From an uncultured Chloroflexia bacterium (GTDB lineage: Bacteria > Chloroflexota > Chloroflexia > Thermomicrobiales > UBA6265): 64,000 nucleotides of DNA. Shown one piece after another: positions 1 through 9,889 of the stretch. The position numbers and the translations under genes are program-made. The notes under the pieces are model-generated. The model did no database searches. It was not told the origin of the DNA and saw only the letters and a program-made list of their open reading frames with translations. Positions within the stretch are counted from its first letter, which is position 1, and the number at the start of each line of letters is the position of its first letter. The stretch is taken from NCBI GenBank assembly GCA_963724295.1, contig CAVRUC010000013.1:352001-416000 (forward strand). Reading direction: 5' to 3'.

Positions 1-2000
1 TTCACCGCGAGAAGATGCGGCAGAATCCCTTGATCCACCGCGTGACCAAATAGCTCATTGAGCCGATAGGACCATGTCAACGTGCCAGTACTGATCGGCT
101 TGGTAGTGGTGTTTTGACACCCGTCGCAAAGCTGACCCACAGACAATCGAGCGATCGAATACCACCGGCGCAATCGGCACACGGGACACGTAAATTCGTA
201 TCCTTGGAGCAAGACTCGGCGCTCGACCAACCACTCGATGACCTGGTTGCCCGTCGTCTGTGAGATCCCACGAAGTTCCTGTTGAATCCGGCTAGAGGTC
301 CAATGTTGACGATCAAACTGGCTCTCTCGCGTGACTTCCTCGACGACGGCATCAACAAGGGCTGCTTGGTTCTCTGGAGCGGCCATCTCTGTGATCAAGC
401 GGGTGATGTTGGCCTGGACCGCTTGACGTGGGTGCACCTCTGCCATTTTGCGAAAGAGGTCATAAATGAGGCTGCTTGCCATCAACTGTAGACCCTGGTC
501 GTCTCCCAGCAAGTTCATGACCGCAATCGCCAATTGCCCCTTCTCTGAGATATCCGCGCGATAGCCAGCACGCTTGGCTAACCCCTCAACGAATGTCCAG
601 CCGTCGTACACGCCGACCGACCATAGCGATTCTGGTTGGACGAACGGAACATCGAACCAGCCAGAGACACCATCCCGTGCAATTCGACGACCGAATGCCC
701 CACCTGGTGGCAGACCAAAGTCTCTATCGGAGCCTCGTGGAAAAGGACGGTCTTCGATTGCGACTGTCCAGCCGATTCGTTCTGGGTGCTCCCAGTGTCC
801 TAGGCTGTCGTAGTCCGGGACGGTGATGTCGGCAACACCATCCCGGAAGTTCACCACGTTTGAGGTTTGGAGCCCGAGAACGAAATCCGCCTTGAAGAAC
901 CGATCGATGTTTGACCGACTATGAATAGTTACATTCGCCAACCCCGGCGGGACTAAGTCTTCCAACTCGGCGACATCAAGCGACGCACTTACGATCTGGA
1001 TCGTGCGTGAAGGATCCGGCTCGAGAGGTCCCCCTTGGACGAGGCGCCGCGCATTGTGAAGGCTCTGCAATACGTCGGAACGGCTGAGCCATTCAGGAGC
1101 AACCCAGACCGGAAGGAAACTCGATGCCGAACGTTGTGCCCGCAGGTTCCACACAAGGCACAAGTCTTCGACGCTGCGTGGATCCCCGACCACAACCACG
1201 CGACGGTTAAACGCTTCGTCGTATTGCTCGTGCTCAGGGTGATCTCCATCACCGTACCAATAGTGTTCAGGCAACGACGGGATTAATCGTGTGGTGAGGG
1301 TCGGAAGGCGCAATTGCTGAACTGGTGCCGGGCCGAATTTCGGCGTGAGGAATGAAGGATCACGGGGTATTTCGGTGACAGCGCGAATGAGATCGTCATT
1401 ACTCAGGGACCGGGGATCGATGGTTCGGACGGTGACGAAGTTGTCAATCCTGTTCGCTCGATACGCAAGGCTGATGACCATTTCTTGGCTCATCGGCCGT
1501 TGATCGAGATGCCCATAGCGGAACGCTAGGGGCAGGGCAAGTTCGTGATCAACGAGCGGGTCGAAATTCACCGTTTCATAGGATTGGCCGCCGGCACGAA
1601 CATGTCGCCAACGCTCTAGGGAACTGAAGACAGTCGCTCCTTCAATCTCCATCGTCTCCGTTGGTCGATCCCAGCTACGAATGATGCGGTCCCATCGATC
1701 ATGTTGTTCTGTCGCAAACACCGGATCTGCGTCGACGAGATCAATAAGAACATCAGGGTCGTGCGCATCTAGGACACGTTCCCAAACGGGACTTGGCCGA
1801 CTTCCTGGAGGGCACGGAATGAGAAACTGGTGAACCCCGTCCCAGGTCAAACAAGCAGACTCGATCGCCGCAAGTGCAAGACCGGGGGTGCCTGGAGCCA
1901 CCAGATAGGCGAGGCGGTGGGGACGAACGGTGGCAGTTACACGCGTCGGTCCATTCGGCCTAAGACTCTGCAAGAGCAGGTAGTCTGTCATTGCTGACAT
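1..2000 (-). CDS. Large hypothetical protein (>=666 aa, 3' end beyond window) with CxxC...CxxC Zn finger; candidate defence-associated protein
   Basis: Manual translation of the minus strand from ATG at 2000 (MSAMTDYLLLQSLRPNGPTRVTATVRPHRLAYLV...) stays open to position 1 (...FTCPVCRLRRWYSIARLSVGQLCDGCQ...WSYRLNELFGHAVDQGILPHLLAV). Absent from the ORF track because there is no stop codon in the window. GC ~50-55% by spot count. Confidence 0.85.
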   Translation of the reverse strand, partial: MSAMTDYLLLQSLRPNGPTRVTATVRPHRLAYLVAPGTPGLALAAIESACLTWDGVHQFLIPCPPGSRPSPVWERVLDAHDPDVLIDLVDADPVFATEQHDRWDRIIRSWDRPTETMEIEGATVFSSLERWRHVRAGGQSYETVNFDPLVDHELALPLAFRYGHLDQRPMSQEMVISLAYRANRIDNFVTVRTIDPRSLSNDDLIRAVTEIPRDPSFLTPKFGPAPVQQLRLPTLTTRLIPSLPEHYWYGDGDHPEHEQYDEAFNRRVVVVGDPRSVEDLCLVWNLRAQRSASSFLPVWVAPEWLSRSDVLQSLHNARRLVQGGPLEPDPSRTIQIVSASLDVAELEDLVPPGLANVTIHSRSNIDRFFKADFVLGLQTSNVVNFRDGVADITVPDYDSLGHWEHPERIGWTVAIEDRPFPRGSDRDFGLPPGGAFGRRIARDGVSGWFDVPFVQPESLWSVGVYDGWTFVEGLAKRAGYRADISEKGQLAIAVMNLLGDDQGLQLMASSLIYDLFRKMAEVHPRQAVQANITRLITEMAAPENQAALVDAVVEEVTRESQFDRQHWTSSRIQQELRGISQTTGNQVIEWLVERRVLLQGYEFTCPVCRLRRWYSIARLSVGQLCDGCQNTTTKPISTGTLTWSYRLNELFGHAVDQGILPHLLAV

Positions 2001-2387
2001 TCGTAAAGCATCCTGGAGTTACGGTTGCTCGACTTCAAGCTTCGCCGATGTGGTGACTATGCACGGAGGACCCCGGAATCGAAAGGCCGCGAAGCACGTG
2101 ACCTGCTCCCAGGATTTGGTCCATGGATCATGAGAGGCTGGTCCGGGCACGGTGCGGCTAATCCCCACTAGTGACGCAGCTTCAAGCAACCCGACCAGCA
2201 ATATCGTTGACGTCACCGTCCGGATCGAGCATCCATAATCTCGCTCTCCTGCCCTTTGTCGTTGGACGGTGGGGTTCACCGTGGCTCAAGTGGCCCTACT
2301 GCGGGCGGGTTAGTCGCGCGCCTGAGACGGACCGACCGGGACCTCACGAGCGCTGCGGCTGCGACGTGGCGAACTCCGGGTCAGCTC

Positions 2388-4442
2388 TTAAAAGCTGTTC
2401 GGGTCGTTCGGGTCAGTGCCATTGACAACCTCGTCGCCGTCGAGGACGCCGTCAGCGTCGTTGTCGGGGTTGCGCGTGCCGGTCTGGTAGACGTAGTACT
2501 CATCGCCGTCGGTCGCACCGTCATCGTCCGTATCGACATCAAAAGGATCGGTGCCGAGCTCGAACTCGATCGCGTCCTCGAGCCCGTCTCCGTCCCCGTC
2601 TACTGTATCGACCGCCACCGCCGCTGGCGCCTCGGCACTCTCTTCGGTCGTCTCCTCTGTCGCCGCCGTAGTCTCGTCTGTGACGACCGGCGCTTCCTGC
2701 GCGACGGCGGTCGCCGCGGGAGCCTCAGCGGGCGCGGCGGCCGTCGGTTCGGCTGCCTGAGCCGCTTCACCCTTGGTGATGGTCATCAACGAGGAGACGC
2801 TGCCCGGCCACTCGACCTCGCTCGGGGTCGGTGTGTATCCGGTGACGGCCGGATTGACCAGGAAGATGCCGGACGGGTTGAGCAGGAAGGCCGCCGGCAC
2901 GTCGTCGACGAGGATCTGGCCCGCTTGCTCGTAGTAGGTGAGGCGTTCTGCCGGATCGATTGTCGTGTCGCCGAGCTCGGTCAGCCTGTCGAATTCCTCG
3001 TTGCAGTAGCCGAAGGGGTTGAGACTCGAGTCACAGGCCCAGAAGACGCTCAACCAGTTCTGCGGATCGGGGTAGTCCTGGTACCAGCTGCCGAAGTAAA
3101 CCAACTGGGGGTGCGTTTTCGCATCTTTGCGCAGCGCGGTGAGCGCGGCCCCCTCCATCGGCTCGATGGTGAGCTCGACGCCCAGGATGTCGCGGATCTC
3201 GCCGGCAATCCATTCCGATTGCTGGCCCCGCTCCTCGAAGTCGCTATTGAAGTAGAGCTTGATTTCCGGCAAATTGTCCGGCCCGCCGTATGACGATTCG
3301 GCTAGCGCCTGCCGGGCGGCCTCGGGATCGAACGCGTACTGATCCGTGTCGATGGCCCCGGGCAGCCCCTCCGGGATGAAGGAAACTGTCGGCAGGCAAT
3401 CTCCCGAGCGCACCTCCGTGCACAGGGTCTCGCGATCGATGGCGTACGAGAACGCCTCCCGCACCTTCTTGTCCTGGAATGGCTCCATCGTGAGGTTCAT
3501 CGCCAGGAACTGGTTAGCGGCCTGCGGGTAGGTCACGAAGGCTGGTGACAGTTCGGGATCGTTGGCCACCTCCATGATCTGGTCCGCCTGGAGCTGCACG
3601 GTATCGAGATCCCCGGCGCGATAGGCCTGGAGGGCCACGGCGGCCTCGTCGGCATAGACATAATCGATGCCATCGAGCAGCGGCCGGCCCTGCCAGTAGT
3701 TGTCATTGGCGGCGAAGGTCCACTCCTGGTCTTCCGCGATTCCGGTCACGGTGAAGGGGCCATTACCGATGTGGTTCTCGGCGCTCTTCCACCAGTTGTC
3801 CGGGTCTCGCGCCACGATCTCCTGCTTGACGGGGGCGAAGACCCACAGCGCCCCGATAGTGTGAAAGTACGGTGCGGGATTGGTCAGGTCGAGCTGGAGG
3901 GTGAGGTCGTCGATGACCCTCGCACCAAGCGCGGCCTTCGCAGTGTCGTACTCCTCCGGGGTAAATTCGACAGCATTGCCCTCATCGTCAGCGCCGATTG
4001 CGGCGAAATCCTCGCAGCCGGCGATCTCGAAGAGGAGGTACTGGTACTCACCGGCGGTCTCCGGGTCGCAGGTGCGCTCGACCGCGTAGCGGAAGTTCTC
4101 GGCCGTCAAAGGCGACCCGTCGCTGTACGTCAGATCGGGTCGGATCGTGAAGGTGATCTGGGTGGCGTCGTCGTTGTACTCCCATGACTCCGCCGCGGCT
4201 GGAACCGTCTCCTGGTTGGTGTCGAGTCGCGTGAGGCCCTCGTAGACCAATTGCAGGATATCGATCTCGGGGGTGGTGGAGCTCTTTTGCGGATCGACGA
4301 CATCGGGATAGGACAGGTGATGAACCCGGAGCACATTCCCGTCGTCTTGGGCCATGGTGCCGGTCGCAAGCGCCGGCAACACCAGCGCGAAGACGACGGC
4401 GAGCATGGCGAGCCTGGACCAACAGCGAGGTACCCGGTGCAT
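2388..4442 (-). CDS. Peptide ABC transporter substrate-binding protein (SBP family 5, OppA-like) with acidic C-terminal DxDxDG (TSP3-like) repeats
   Basis: Signal peptide; YEGLTRLD, YSDGSPLTAENF, GNGPF, KVREAFSYAIDRE and DYPDPQNW motifs; tail DGDGDGLEDAIEFELGTDPFDVDTDDDGATDGDE. Confidence 0.9.
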   Translation of the reverse strand: MHRVPRCWSRLAMLAVVFALVLPALATGTMAQDDGNVLRVHHLSYPDVVDPQKSSTTPEIDILQLVYEGLTRLDTNQETVPAAAESWEYNDDATQITFTIRPDLTYSDGSPLTAENFRYAVERTCDPETAGEYQYLLFEIAGCEDFAAIGADDEGNAVEFTPEEYDTAKAALGARVIDDLTLQLDLTNPAPYFHTIGALWVFAPVKQEIVARDPDNWWKSAENHIGNGPFTVTGIAEDQEWTFAANDNYWQGRPLLDGIDYVYADEAAVALQAYRAGDLDTVQLQADQIMEVANDPELSPAFVTYPQAANQFLAMNLTMEPFQDKKVREAFSYAIDRETLCTEVRSGDCLPTVSFIPEGLPGAIDTDQYAFDPEAARQALAESSYGGPDNLPEIKLYFNSDFEERGQQSEWIAGEIRDILGVELTIEPMEGAALTALRKDAKTHPQLVYFGSWYQDYPDPQNWLSVFWACDSSLNPFGYCNEEFDRLTELGDTTIDPAERLTYYEQAGQILVDDVPAAFLLNPSGIFLVNPAVTGYTPTPSEVEWPGSVSSLMTITKGEAAQAAEPTAAAPAEAPAATAVAQEAPVVTDETTAATEETTEESAEAPAAVAVDTVDGDGDGLEDAIEFELGTDPFDVDTDDDGATDGDEYYVYQTGTRNPDNDADGVLDGDEVVNGTDPNDPNSF

Positions 4443-4643
4443 CGGCTCCTCCTGACCACAACGATTCGGTTCCGCTTGGGCAGCGGGAGTGAAATTCCGG
4501 TTTACCCTAAATGACGCCTTGATTCACGTCAATCGGGAATTTCCACGGGCGTTTCAGCCTCGGGCTCATCACCGTGGCGAATCGCGACTGCACGAGCAAG
4601 ATTCTGGAGGCTTCCACGATCGGGAGCACGGAACATCGCCCCA

Positions 4644-6113
4644 TTACAGGGCAAACTCCGTGTCAGGATCGAGGGGGAAGATCGGGCGGCGGATGTGCCG
4701 GTAGGGGAAGCGGCGAAGATCGACGCTGCCCAGACCGGGGGTATCGGCATAGACGGCGTGCTTCGCGATCGGGCCGAAGCCGCCGCGCCAGCGCACCGCC
4801 GCTTTGACCACGATGATCTGCTGCCGCGTCGGGTCGATGCCGATCGATTTCAACTGCTGCTGGTCGCCGGGCATCGACTTGTGCGAGGTCAGCACCAGGT
4901 TCACGCCCCCGCAACGCAGGACCGCCGTCGGACCCATGTCAACCGGGACCCCCGCATTCTCCGGACCCTCGTGCACCCAGCGCCCGTCACAGAGGAGGCG
5001 CACTCGCCCCGCCACCTCCACGGGATCGCCGTGCAAGCGGTCGGTCTTGCCGCCGACGACCATGCGGACCGTCGCGCCAACCCCCGCGGCAAAGGCGGCA
5101 CGAGCCGCCTCCGCGTCGGCGATCACCATGGTCGCCTCCTGGGCACCCTGCGCCAGCAGCTCGGCGAGGAGCACCGTCCCATCACCGGGTGTGCCGCCGC
5201 CGATGTTGTCGCCGACGTCGACGAGCATGACCGGTCCCTCGGGGAAGGCGATCGCCTCGGCGACGGCCTCCGCCGGCAACGTGTTGCGCACCATCATGTC
5301 GTCACGGAGCGACCACGCCAGCGTCGCCAGCTCGCCGGCCAGCCGCCGGGCTGCCGCCGGATCGTTATCGGTGGTCACCAGGAGCCCGATGCCCGCTTCG
5401 GGAACGTCGGCATAGGCAAACCCACCGGCGATCGTCACCGTGAGCGCCTCGCCGGAGCGCTCCATGGCGAAGGCGCGGTCGAGGAGGGTCTTGAACGGGC
5501 CTTCGGCGGTGGCGATGGCCTGCGGCACCGGCAGCAGCGGCGGTTTGGCAAGGGCCATCACCGGCCGGATCTCACCCCGGATCGTGCCCGCCAGCAGATC
5601 GACCGCCTCCCGCGCGCGCTCGGCGGCGTCGACGTGCGGGTAGGTGTCGTAGGTGGTGATGACGTCGACACGATCGACCATCGCCTGCCCGATATTGGCG
5701 TGCAGATCGAGGGTGACGGCGATCGGCACCTCCGGCCCGACGAGGTCGCGCACGCGGCGCACGATCTCGGCCTCGGCGTCAGGAAAGTCTTCGGCCACCA
5801 TCGCCCCGTGCAGCGTGAGCACGATGCCGTCCGCCGGCAACGCCGCGGCGATGCGCTCGCACAGCTCGTTGGCGAGGGTATCGAAGGTCTGGCGGTCGGG
5901 TACTCCCGTCGAGACGCCATCGGCGAAGAACGCCGGCGCCAGCTCGATGCCGCGTTCGCGGCAGCCATCGATGACCCCGCCGAGCGAGTGGTTGCGTCCG
6001 GCGAAGACCAGCAGCTCGTCGCCGCGAGCGATGACGCTGAGACTTTTCAGCGTCGTCGGTTCGGCGGAGAAGGTGTGCGTCTCGTGCATGATGCCGCCGG
6101 TGATCAGGCGCAT
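4644..6113 (-). CDS. M81 family metallopeptidase (MlrC-like)
   Basis: HETHTFS, LHGAMVAE, DLHAN, YPHVD, DNIGGG motifs. Confidence 0.92.
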   Translation of the reverse strand: MRLITGGIMHETHTFSAEPTTLKSLSVIARGDELLVFAGRNHSLGGVIDGCRERGIELAPAFFADGVSTGVPDRQTFDTLANELCERIAAALPADGIVLTLHGAMVAEDFPDAEAEIVRRVRDLVGPEVPIAVTLDLHANIGQAMVDRVDVITTYDTYPHVDAAERAREAVDLLAGTIRGEIRPVMALAKPPLLPVPQAIATAEGPFKTLLDRAFAMERSGEALTVTIAGGFAYADVPEAGIGLLVTTDNDPAAARRLAGELATLAWSLRDDMMVRNTLPAEAVAEAIAFPEGPVMLVDVGDNIGGGTPGDGTVLLAELLAQGAQEATMVIADAEAARAAFAAGVGATVRMVVGGKTDRLHGDPVEVAGRVRLLCDGRWVHEGPENAGVPVDMGPTAVLRCGGVNLVLTSHKSMPGDQQQLKSIGIDPTRQQIIVVKAAVRWRGGFGPIAKHAVYADTPGLGSVDLRRFPYRHIRRPIFPLDPDTEFAL

Positions 6114-6150
6114 TGTGAGAGCTCTCCGATGACGACGATCCCGGTGCGAT

Positions 6151-7471
6151 TCACGCAGCCCGCATGTCGCGCGTCACCGCTTCGACGACGGAGAGGGTCT
6201 CGGCAAAGTCCGCGTCGGTATGCGCCAGGGAGAAACCGGCGTGTCCAGGTGGGCCCTGCCGCGTGTAGCCGTGGAAATAGACGCCGCGCTCGAAGCAGCC
6301 GGCGGCGAAGCGGCGATTGAGCTCGTGGTCGTGGTCGAGCGCGTCCGACCAGGTCCGCACGGGGTCGGTGATGCCGAAGTAGATGCCGAAGCGGGCGCCC
6401 ATCCCCTGCACCCGCGCGGGGACTCCCGCGCGGTCGAAAATGGCCTGCAAGTCGCAGTAGAAGGCGTCGGCCGTGGCGTTGATGCGGTCGTAGACACCGG
6501 GCTGACTCAGCTCCTCGAGCGTGGCCAGGGCGGCCAGCACGCTGAGCAGATGCCCGGAGTAGGTCCCGCTGTGGGCGACCGGCCCGGTCGGGGCGAGAGT
6601 GAGCATCAGATCCTCCCGCCCGGAGACAGAGGCCAGCGGTAGTCCGTTGGCCAGTGCCTTGGCGTGCGTGGTCAGGTCCGGGGTGACCCCGTACTGGGTC
6701 TGCACGCCGCCGAGGTGGGTACGGAAACCTGACAGCACCTCGTCCATGACGAAGACGATGCCATGCTCGCTGCACCGGGCCCGCAGCAGCTCCAGGAACC
6801 CCGGCTCGGGCGGGATGCAGCCGGCGTTGTAGTGGATCGGCTCGCAGAAGACGGCCGCCAGCTCCTCACCGTGGGCGGCGATGGCGCGCTCGAACGCCTC
6901 GACGTCATTCCAGGGTGCCATCACCACGTCGTCCGCGCCCGAGACCGGCACCCCGCCGGATGAGGGGACCACCGCGCTGGCGTCGTCGAGCGGGTCCGCG
7001 CGACGGTAGAGCCACGGCTCGCTGAGACCGTGGAAATGACCGTCGAATTTCAGGTACTTCGTGCGGCCGGTGGCGTGGCGGGCGATGCGCAGCGCGACGA
7101 GGGTCACCTCGCTGCCGACGCTGGAGAAGCGGACCCGCTCCGCGGCCGGGATGATCTCGACCATCCGCGCCGCCAGCCGCTCGTGGAACGGCGTCTCGGC
7201 GGCGGTGATGATCCCCCGCTCGACGCCCGTGCAGGACGGCGCGTTTCACGGCCGGGTGATCGTGTCCCAGCAGCGCCGCGCCGTTCGACATGTTGAAGTC
7301 GATGTATCGCTTCCCATCGACCCCGTAGAGGTACGGTCCCTCGCCGCGGTCAACGTAGAGCGGCCGTCCCAGGTAGGAGTGCAGTCGCATCGAGGCGGAG
7401 ACGCCCCCGGCCAGCACCGCCTGCGCCTCCGTGAAGAGCTGGTCCGGTTGGGTGATTGTCGTGTTGCTCAT
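6151..7471 (-). CDS. Class-III PLP aminotransferase, glutamate-1-semialdehyde aminomutase-like (frameshift ~7225)
   Basis: N-term MSNTT...GGVSASMR...YLYGVDGKRYIDF...LLGHDHP in one frame; DEVLSGFR, PDLTTHAKALANG and SGTYSG in the other. Confidence 0.85.
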
Positions 7472-7583
7472 GCCGCTACTGTACGACGCGACCCCGGAAT
7501 CCAACAGGGCTGGCACGACGCTAGCGTCTCCCATACCATGCCCGGGTCGCCGCGGCACGGCCACGGCGAGAGGAGGATCGGCC

Positions 7584-7925
7584 ATGCACTTCTATTGCGC
7601 CTACACCTGGTTCCCCAAGACGCGTCCTGAGGAAGTCTGGGAGCGGGTCATCCACCAGCATGAGCGCGGCTCGAACGCGCCAGAGCTGATCCGCGGCTGG
7701 TACGACTTCGCCGGAGGCGGCGCCGGGTTTCTCATCGTCGAAACCGATGACGTGCGCGAGCTGACCGCGATGTTGCGGCCTTACATCGACCTCATGGCCT
7801 GGGATATCCGCGCCCTCTCCGAGAACAAGTACGACGAGACGGTTCAGCAGATCCGGGACGCTCTGGCCCAGATGGGCCGCCTGGCACACTCCGAGGTCAC
7901 CATGCCGGTGGGGGTCGAGTCCTGA
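7584..7925 (+). CDS. DUF3303-like small protein
   Basis: RBS GAGGAGG then MHFYCAYTWF...IRGWYDFAGGGAGFLIVETDD. Confidence 0.7.
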   Translation: MHFYCAYTWFPKTRPEEVWERVIHQHERGSNAPELIRGWYDFAGGGAGFLIVETDDVRELTAMLRPYIDLMAWDIRALSENKYDETVQQIRDALAQMGRLAHSEVTMPVGVES

Positions 7926-7942
7926 GCGACGTGATGCTGTAA

Positions 7943-8803
7943 GTGCTACCGATCGCTCTCGGTCTCGGCGCGGCAACGTGTATCGGCTTCTCGAACATCA
8001 TCGCCGGGCTCACCGCGCGCCGCTTGACGCCGCTCATCGTCGGCTTCTGGTCGCAAGCGACCGGCACGGTCTGGTGCGCGCTGTTGCTCCTGGTACTGCG
8101 CCCGCCGCTCGTCTCCGGACAGATCTCCGGCGGGCTGATCGCGGGGCTCGCCGGCGGGGCCGGCATGGTGCTCTTCTACCAGTCCATGGCCACCGGCGCC
8201 ATCTCCCTTATCGCGCCGATCACCGCCTGCGCCATCGTCTTCCCCGTGATCTACGCGATTGCCTCCGGCGAAACGTTGACCCTTCCCGTCGCCGCCGGTC
8301 TCGTCGCCATCATCAGCGGGATCGTGTTGGCCTCGTTGCGGCCAACACCGGTTCGCGGCGATCCACCTGATACGCGAATCGCGACGGACCGGCGAGCGAT
8401 TGCGCTGGCCATCGTCGCCGCGGCGGCCTTTGGCGCCTTTTTCATCCTCATCGATTTTGCGCCACCGGCCAGCGGCTGGGGAGCGCTCTGGACAGCCGGC
8501 GGGGTCCGCCTCAGCGGGTTCGCGGTGCAGGTGACCCTGGCGCTGCTCGGGCCACGCCGGCTCGCGTGGCCGGGCCGCTACGCACCGGCGATAGCGCTGG
8601 CCGGGACGCTGGACCTGACCGCGCTGCTGCTGATCAGCTTCGGCGCGATGACGGACGCCTACGGCATCGTCACCGCTCTGGTCGGTCTCTACCCGGTGAT
8701 CGTCGCGCTCCTCGGCGTCGTCTTCCTCGGCGAGCGGTTGACCCGGGTGCAAACGATCGGCGCCACGCTGGCGATGGCGGGCGTCCTGCTGGTCAGCATC
8801 TAG
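7943..8803 (+). CDS. EamA/DMT family transporter
   Basis: ~10 hydrophobic helices; LYPVIVALLGVVFLGERL motif. Confidence 0.88.
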   Translation: MLPIALGLGAATCIGFSNIIAGLTARRLTPLIVGFWSQATGTVWCALLLLVLRPPLVSGQISGGLIAGLAGGAGMVLFYQSMATGAISLIAPITACAIVFPVIYAIASGETLTLPVAAGLVAIISGIVLASLRPTPVRGDPPDTRIATDRRAIALAIVAAAAFGAFFILIDFAPPASGWGALWTAGGVRLSGFAVQVTLALLGPRRLAWPGRYAPAIALAGTLDLTALLLISFGAMTDAYGIVTALVGLYPVIVALLGVVFLGERLTRVQTIGATLAMAGVLLVSI

Positions 8804-8929
8804 GGTTGGCGCCCAACTTCCCGCGGCCTGACTACGGAATCTCTCTGGTGGCATTGCGCCGAGTGCATAGCGCGAATACCCTGAACCAGGTGACGCCCAT
8901 GGGATCTGCGCGCTGATTGAGCGGGGAGC

Positions 8930-9871
8930 GTGATGGGATCAATCGGGCGACGCCCACTTAAAGTCGGTCTGTTTCTCCCCTTATGGGAGGAGCGAACGAA
9001 CGGAACGGTTCCCTCCTGGACGGAAATCCTTGCGCGGGCGAAAGCAGCAGAGGCGGTGGGCGTCGACTCTCTTTGGGTGCCAGACCACCTTATCATCCAC
9101 TTTCCCGACACCGAGCCGGAAGGGGTTTGGGAGGGATGGTCGTTCCTGGCCGCTTTGGCTGCGTCGACGGAGCGGGTCGAGTTGGGTCAACTCGTCACGT
9201 GCACGGCCTTTCGTAACCCAGCCCTTCTAGCCAAGATGGCCGACACGGTCGATGAGATCAGCGGCGGCCGGCTGACACTGGGTCTTGGCGCCGGCTGGCA
9301 TGAGCCGGAGTTCCAGGCCTTCGGCTACCCCTTCGATCATCGCGTCAGCCGGTTTGAGGAGGCGGTTACCATCATCCACGGGCTGCTGAGGCAAGGGCAG
9401 ATCGACTTCGAGGGCACGTACTATCAGGCGCGAGATTGCGAGCTGCGTCCTCGCGGTCCTCGCACGGCAGGACCGCCGATCATGATCGGTGGCTCTGGTG
9501 CACGCGTGCTGGATCTGACGGCTCGTTTTGCCGACGTCTGGTCCCGGGATTTCGACAAGGTCAACCCGGAGCTCGTGCCTTTCTCGGCCGAGGATCTCGC
9601 CGCCTGGGGGCCACGGGTCGATGCGGCATGCGTCGAGGTCGGGCGTGACCCAGCGACTCTGGAGCGGACTGCCGCCGTGCTCATCGACCTGCCGATTGCG
9701 CCCGGACGGGAGGGTTGGGATGCGCTCACTGGTTCGCCGGAAGAACTCGCCGACGGACTGCGGAGTTACGCCAGTGCAGGCTTCAGCCACGTCCAAATCT
9801 GGCTGGAACCATCCACGATCGCGGGCATCGAAGCGTTCGCCCCGGCGCTGGAGCTGCTGGACGGTGGCTAG
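8930..9871 (+). CDS. LLM-class (luciferase-like) flavin/F420-dependent oxidoreductase
   Basis: DSLWVPDH, FRNPALLAKMADTVDEISGGRLTLGLGAGW. Confidence 0.92.
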   Translation: MMGSIGRRPLKVGLFLPLWEERTNGTVPSWTEILARAKAAEAVGVDSLWVPDHLIIHFPDTEPEGVWEGWSFLAALAASTERVELGQLVTCTAFRNPALLAKMADTVDEISGGRLTLGLGAGWHEPEFQAFGYPFDHRVSRFEEAVTIIHGLLRQGQIDFEGTYYQARDCELRPRGPRTAGPPIMIGGSGARVLDLTARFADVWSRDFDKVNPELVPFSAEDLAAWGPRVDAACVEVGRDPATLERTAAVLIDLPIAPGREGWDALTGSPEELADGLRSYASAGFSHVQIWLEPSTIAGIEAFAPALELLDGG

Positions 9872-9889
9872 CGCGCACGCATCTGGCAA

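Noticed and set aside
77..1286. Short ORF-track entries at the left edge
   Set aside because: All overlap the real >=666-aa minus-strand ORF
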